IMG/VR virus record: IMGVR_UViG_3300032332_002377 | Length of the DNA: 64,000 bases | Direction: 5' to 3' (one strand) | DNA from: a virus | Taxonomy: Duplodnaviria > Caudoviricetes | Part shown: positions 62,188 through 64,000 of the stretch, piece after piece | Layout of the letters: every line of letters starts with the position of its first letter | How positions within the stretch are numbered: the first letter of the stretch is position 1 | Program-made: the position numbers and the translations under genes | Notes under the pieces: generated by a model | Told to the model about the DNA's origin: nothing | What the model saw: only the letters and a program-made list of their open reading frames with translations | The model's database searches: none

Positions 62188-63395
62188 GGATTAACTGTAT
62201 TGAGATTGACACGTTCTTTAGATTTGTACGGAAAGTTATATAGCTCGTAGTATTTATTGATGTTTTCTTCGTTTTCTAAAAATCTAGATTCAGCAACTTT
62301 TCTTGCTTTAGCACATGTATTCATGTATTTGCCTTTCTTGGAAAGCGTTGTAACAACTTGATCAACCATCTCATCACCCGTCTTGAATTTTATAGGTGCA
62401 TCTTCATACGTACATAAATCCTGACATGCAATTGGAATGCCATAACATGACGCCTCAATATACTTTAAGTCGCTCTTCGCTTTGTTGAAAGTGCTATCCT
62501 GTAGAGGAGCTACCATCATGTTGCATTTTAAATTGTAAATTTTTTCGGGGTAGTTATATAGCTGCGACCATGGGTGGAATTCTATCTTACCTTCGCGTAC
62601 AAAAGGAGTTAATCTAAGAGGAAATGCACCGAGAAATACCCATTGAAACTTATCTACTGTCTTAGCAATTACATCAAATACATGTGCGAAGTCATCATTT
62701 TGATTTACTCTATTATCTACGTCAAAATGTGCGCCTGACCCGGCATACAAAATACGAGGACGCTTTTCATATGCATCATAATTATCAGAGATCTTCTTTT
62801 CATTATAAAAATTACCCATCCACCATTTGGGTGGGTAATTAGGAATCACTGTTACATTCTGATTTTTAGTCTTGGATTTATAATAATCGCGCATAAAATT
62901 ACATGTAACTGTAACTTCATCGCACATTTCCATAATTTCTTGACAATTTTTTCTGATTGACGGATCAGTAAAAGCTGGTTTAAATTTGTTATAGTCAGGA
63001 ATATCCTCACTAAAAACTAAGTCATCTATTTCGTAGATGATCTTAAAGCCCATTTGTTGAGAAATGCGCTTCAAGTGTCTGACAAACTCAAGCTGATGAC
63101 TAGTAGCTTGCCTCTGAATACGTACAGTCTTAACGCCGCGATAATAATTAGGATCAAGCACCATAACAGTGCTGCCATGTACTATCATTTTTTGATGCGC
63201 ATTTAGTAAGTGCTCTGGCCAAATCATACGCCAAAAGCCACAGCCACTATAATCAGCATAATAATTAAGAGAGCGTGTAAGGTTTAATTCAGGTGGCACT
63301 GGTAGATCTTGTTTTGGTGCTACGGGTGCTTGTGGAGCGGCATATGCTGGAGCAAAAGGTGAAGCAAAGGGAGAGACAAATGGGCTTGAAAACAT
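62184..63395 (-). CDS. GT-B fold glycosyltransferase-like protein
   Basis: SGCGFWRM.WP, YEIDD, VIPN, VAPL...FNKAKSDLKYIEA..GIP. Confidence 0.72.
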   Translation of the reverse strand: MFSSPFVSPFASPFAPAYAAPQAPVAPKQDLPVPPELNLTRSLNYYADYSGCGFWRMIWPEHLLNAHQKMIVHGSTVMVLDPNYYRGVKTVRIQRQATSHQLEFVRHLKRISQQMGFKIIYEIDDLVFSEDIPDYNKFKPAFTDPSIRKNCQEIMEMCDEVTVTCNFMRDYYKSKTKNQNVTVIPNYPPKWWMGNFYNEKKISDNYDAYEKRPRILYAGSGAHFDVDNRVNQNDDFAHVFDVIAKTVDKFQWVFLGAFPLRLTPFVREGKIEFHPWSQLYNYPEKIYNLKCNMMVAPLQDSTFNKAKSDLKYIEASCYGIPIACQDLCTYEDAPIKFKTGDEMVDQVVTTLSKKGKYMNTCAKARKVAESRFLENEENINKYYELYNFPYKSKERVNLNTVNP

Positions 63396-63402
63396 GACGT
63401 AT

Positions 63403-63431
63403 ATATTAACTACTATATTCTATATAATCAA
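63403..63431 (-). promoter_or_regulatory. Sigma70-like promoter of the glycosyltransferase gene
   Basis: TTGATT-17-TAATAT-7nt-ATG. Confidence 0.55.
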
Positions 63432-64000
63432 CTTTGCGTGTAATACCGTTGCTCTTCTCTAAGAAGATAATATCACCAGTAGCAGCTTTAATGCTTTCTT
63501 TTCTATGACTTATAACCATTGCACATTCATCAAACTTCTCTACTCTCTCCTTAAGAATATTAATTACTAGCTCAACACCCTTCTCATCAAGGGATGAATC
63601 AAACAACTCATCATATATAGAGAAATTAAAAGATACATTACCTTGAAGCCTGCGAATATCCATGAAAGCAAAAAGACATGCTAAATCAACATTCTTTCTT
63701 TCTGCTCCACTAAAATTGAAATACGAGCAATCTTTGCCTTTATCATCAACAATAGTTTCTTCAAAATACTCATTAAAAGTGCATAAACAATTAGCATCCA
63801 TTTTTTTCAGGTAATATGCTAGCTTGGTGTTGAATAATTGTAAGATTTTTTTAACAATAAAAGATTTAACACCTTCTTCAGACATAATAAATTTAACAGT
63901 ATCTAGTTTATTAAGATTTTGCTTTATTTCATCAATTTGTAATTTAGATTTTTCTTGTTTTTCTTTATTTTCTTTAATAATGTCATCAAAATTTGTAACG
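63406..64000 (-). CDS. gp46: Recombination ATPase (T4 gp46 / SbcC-like), C-terminal part; 5' end lies outside the window
   Basis: FSGAERK, YDELFDSSLD, VISH; frame stays open upstream of 63885 to the window edge. Confidence 0.9.
   Translation of the reverse strand, partial: VTNFDDIIKENKEKQEKSKLQIDEIKQNLNKLDTVKFIMSEEGVKSFIVKKILQLFNTKLAYYLKKMDANCLCTFNEYFEETIVDDKGKDCSYFNFSGAERKNVDLACLFAFMDIRRLQGNVSFNFSIYDELFDSSLDEKGVELVINILKERVEKFDECAMVISHRKESIKAATGDIIFLEKSNGITRKVDYIEYSS

Noticed and set aside
1-64000. Stop-codon reassignment
   Set aside because: Core genes are full length in the standard code and coding density is near complete
1-64000. tRNA, rRNA or structured ncRNA genes
   Set aside because: Intergenic gaps are at most about 65 nt and AT-rich; no cloverleaf seen
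1-64000. Apparent CpG scarcity as a sign of DNA modification
   Set aside because: Impression from a small sample only; needs codon-corrected dinucleotide counts

Overview
64 kb slice of a large, AT-rich, gene-dense T4-like myophage genome (standard genetic code, mostly minus strand). 1-23.5 kb: baseplate and large adhesin/fibre-like virion proteins with long Pro-Thr linkers and propeller, LamG, LRR, L-lectin and RCC1-like modules. 23.5-43.3 kb: clamp loader, dUTPase, baseplate hub, tail tube, sheath, terminase and neck genes. 43.3-64 kb: T4-like replisome (primase, clamp, ssb, helicase, UvsX, PolB, gp46) interleaved with ribosomal protein bS21, a degenerate DHH protein, two glycosyltransferases, an NDP-rhamnose epimerase/reductase, UDP-galactopyranose mutase, QueC and a class II amidotransferase. 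No tRNA, rRNA, CRISPR array or mobile element was seen. Main candidate systems: (1) most independently started genes have a promoter box (TAAATA late type, or TTGANN-15/17-TANNNT) only 5-8 nt before the start codon with no Shine-Dalgarno, implying largely leaderless expression alongside a phage bS21; (2) a possible virion-glycosylation system; (3) a queC-gat-glycosyltransferase cluster; (4) shuffling of adhesin modules through Pro-Thr linkers that share identical DNA. All product calls come from motif recognition and gene order; no database searches were run.
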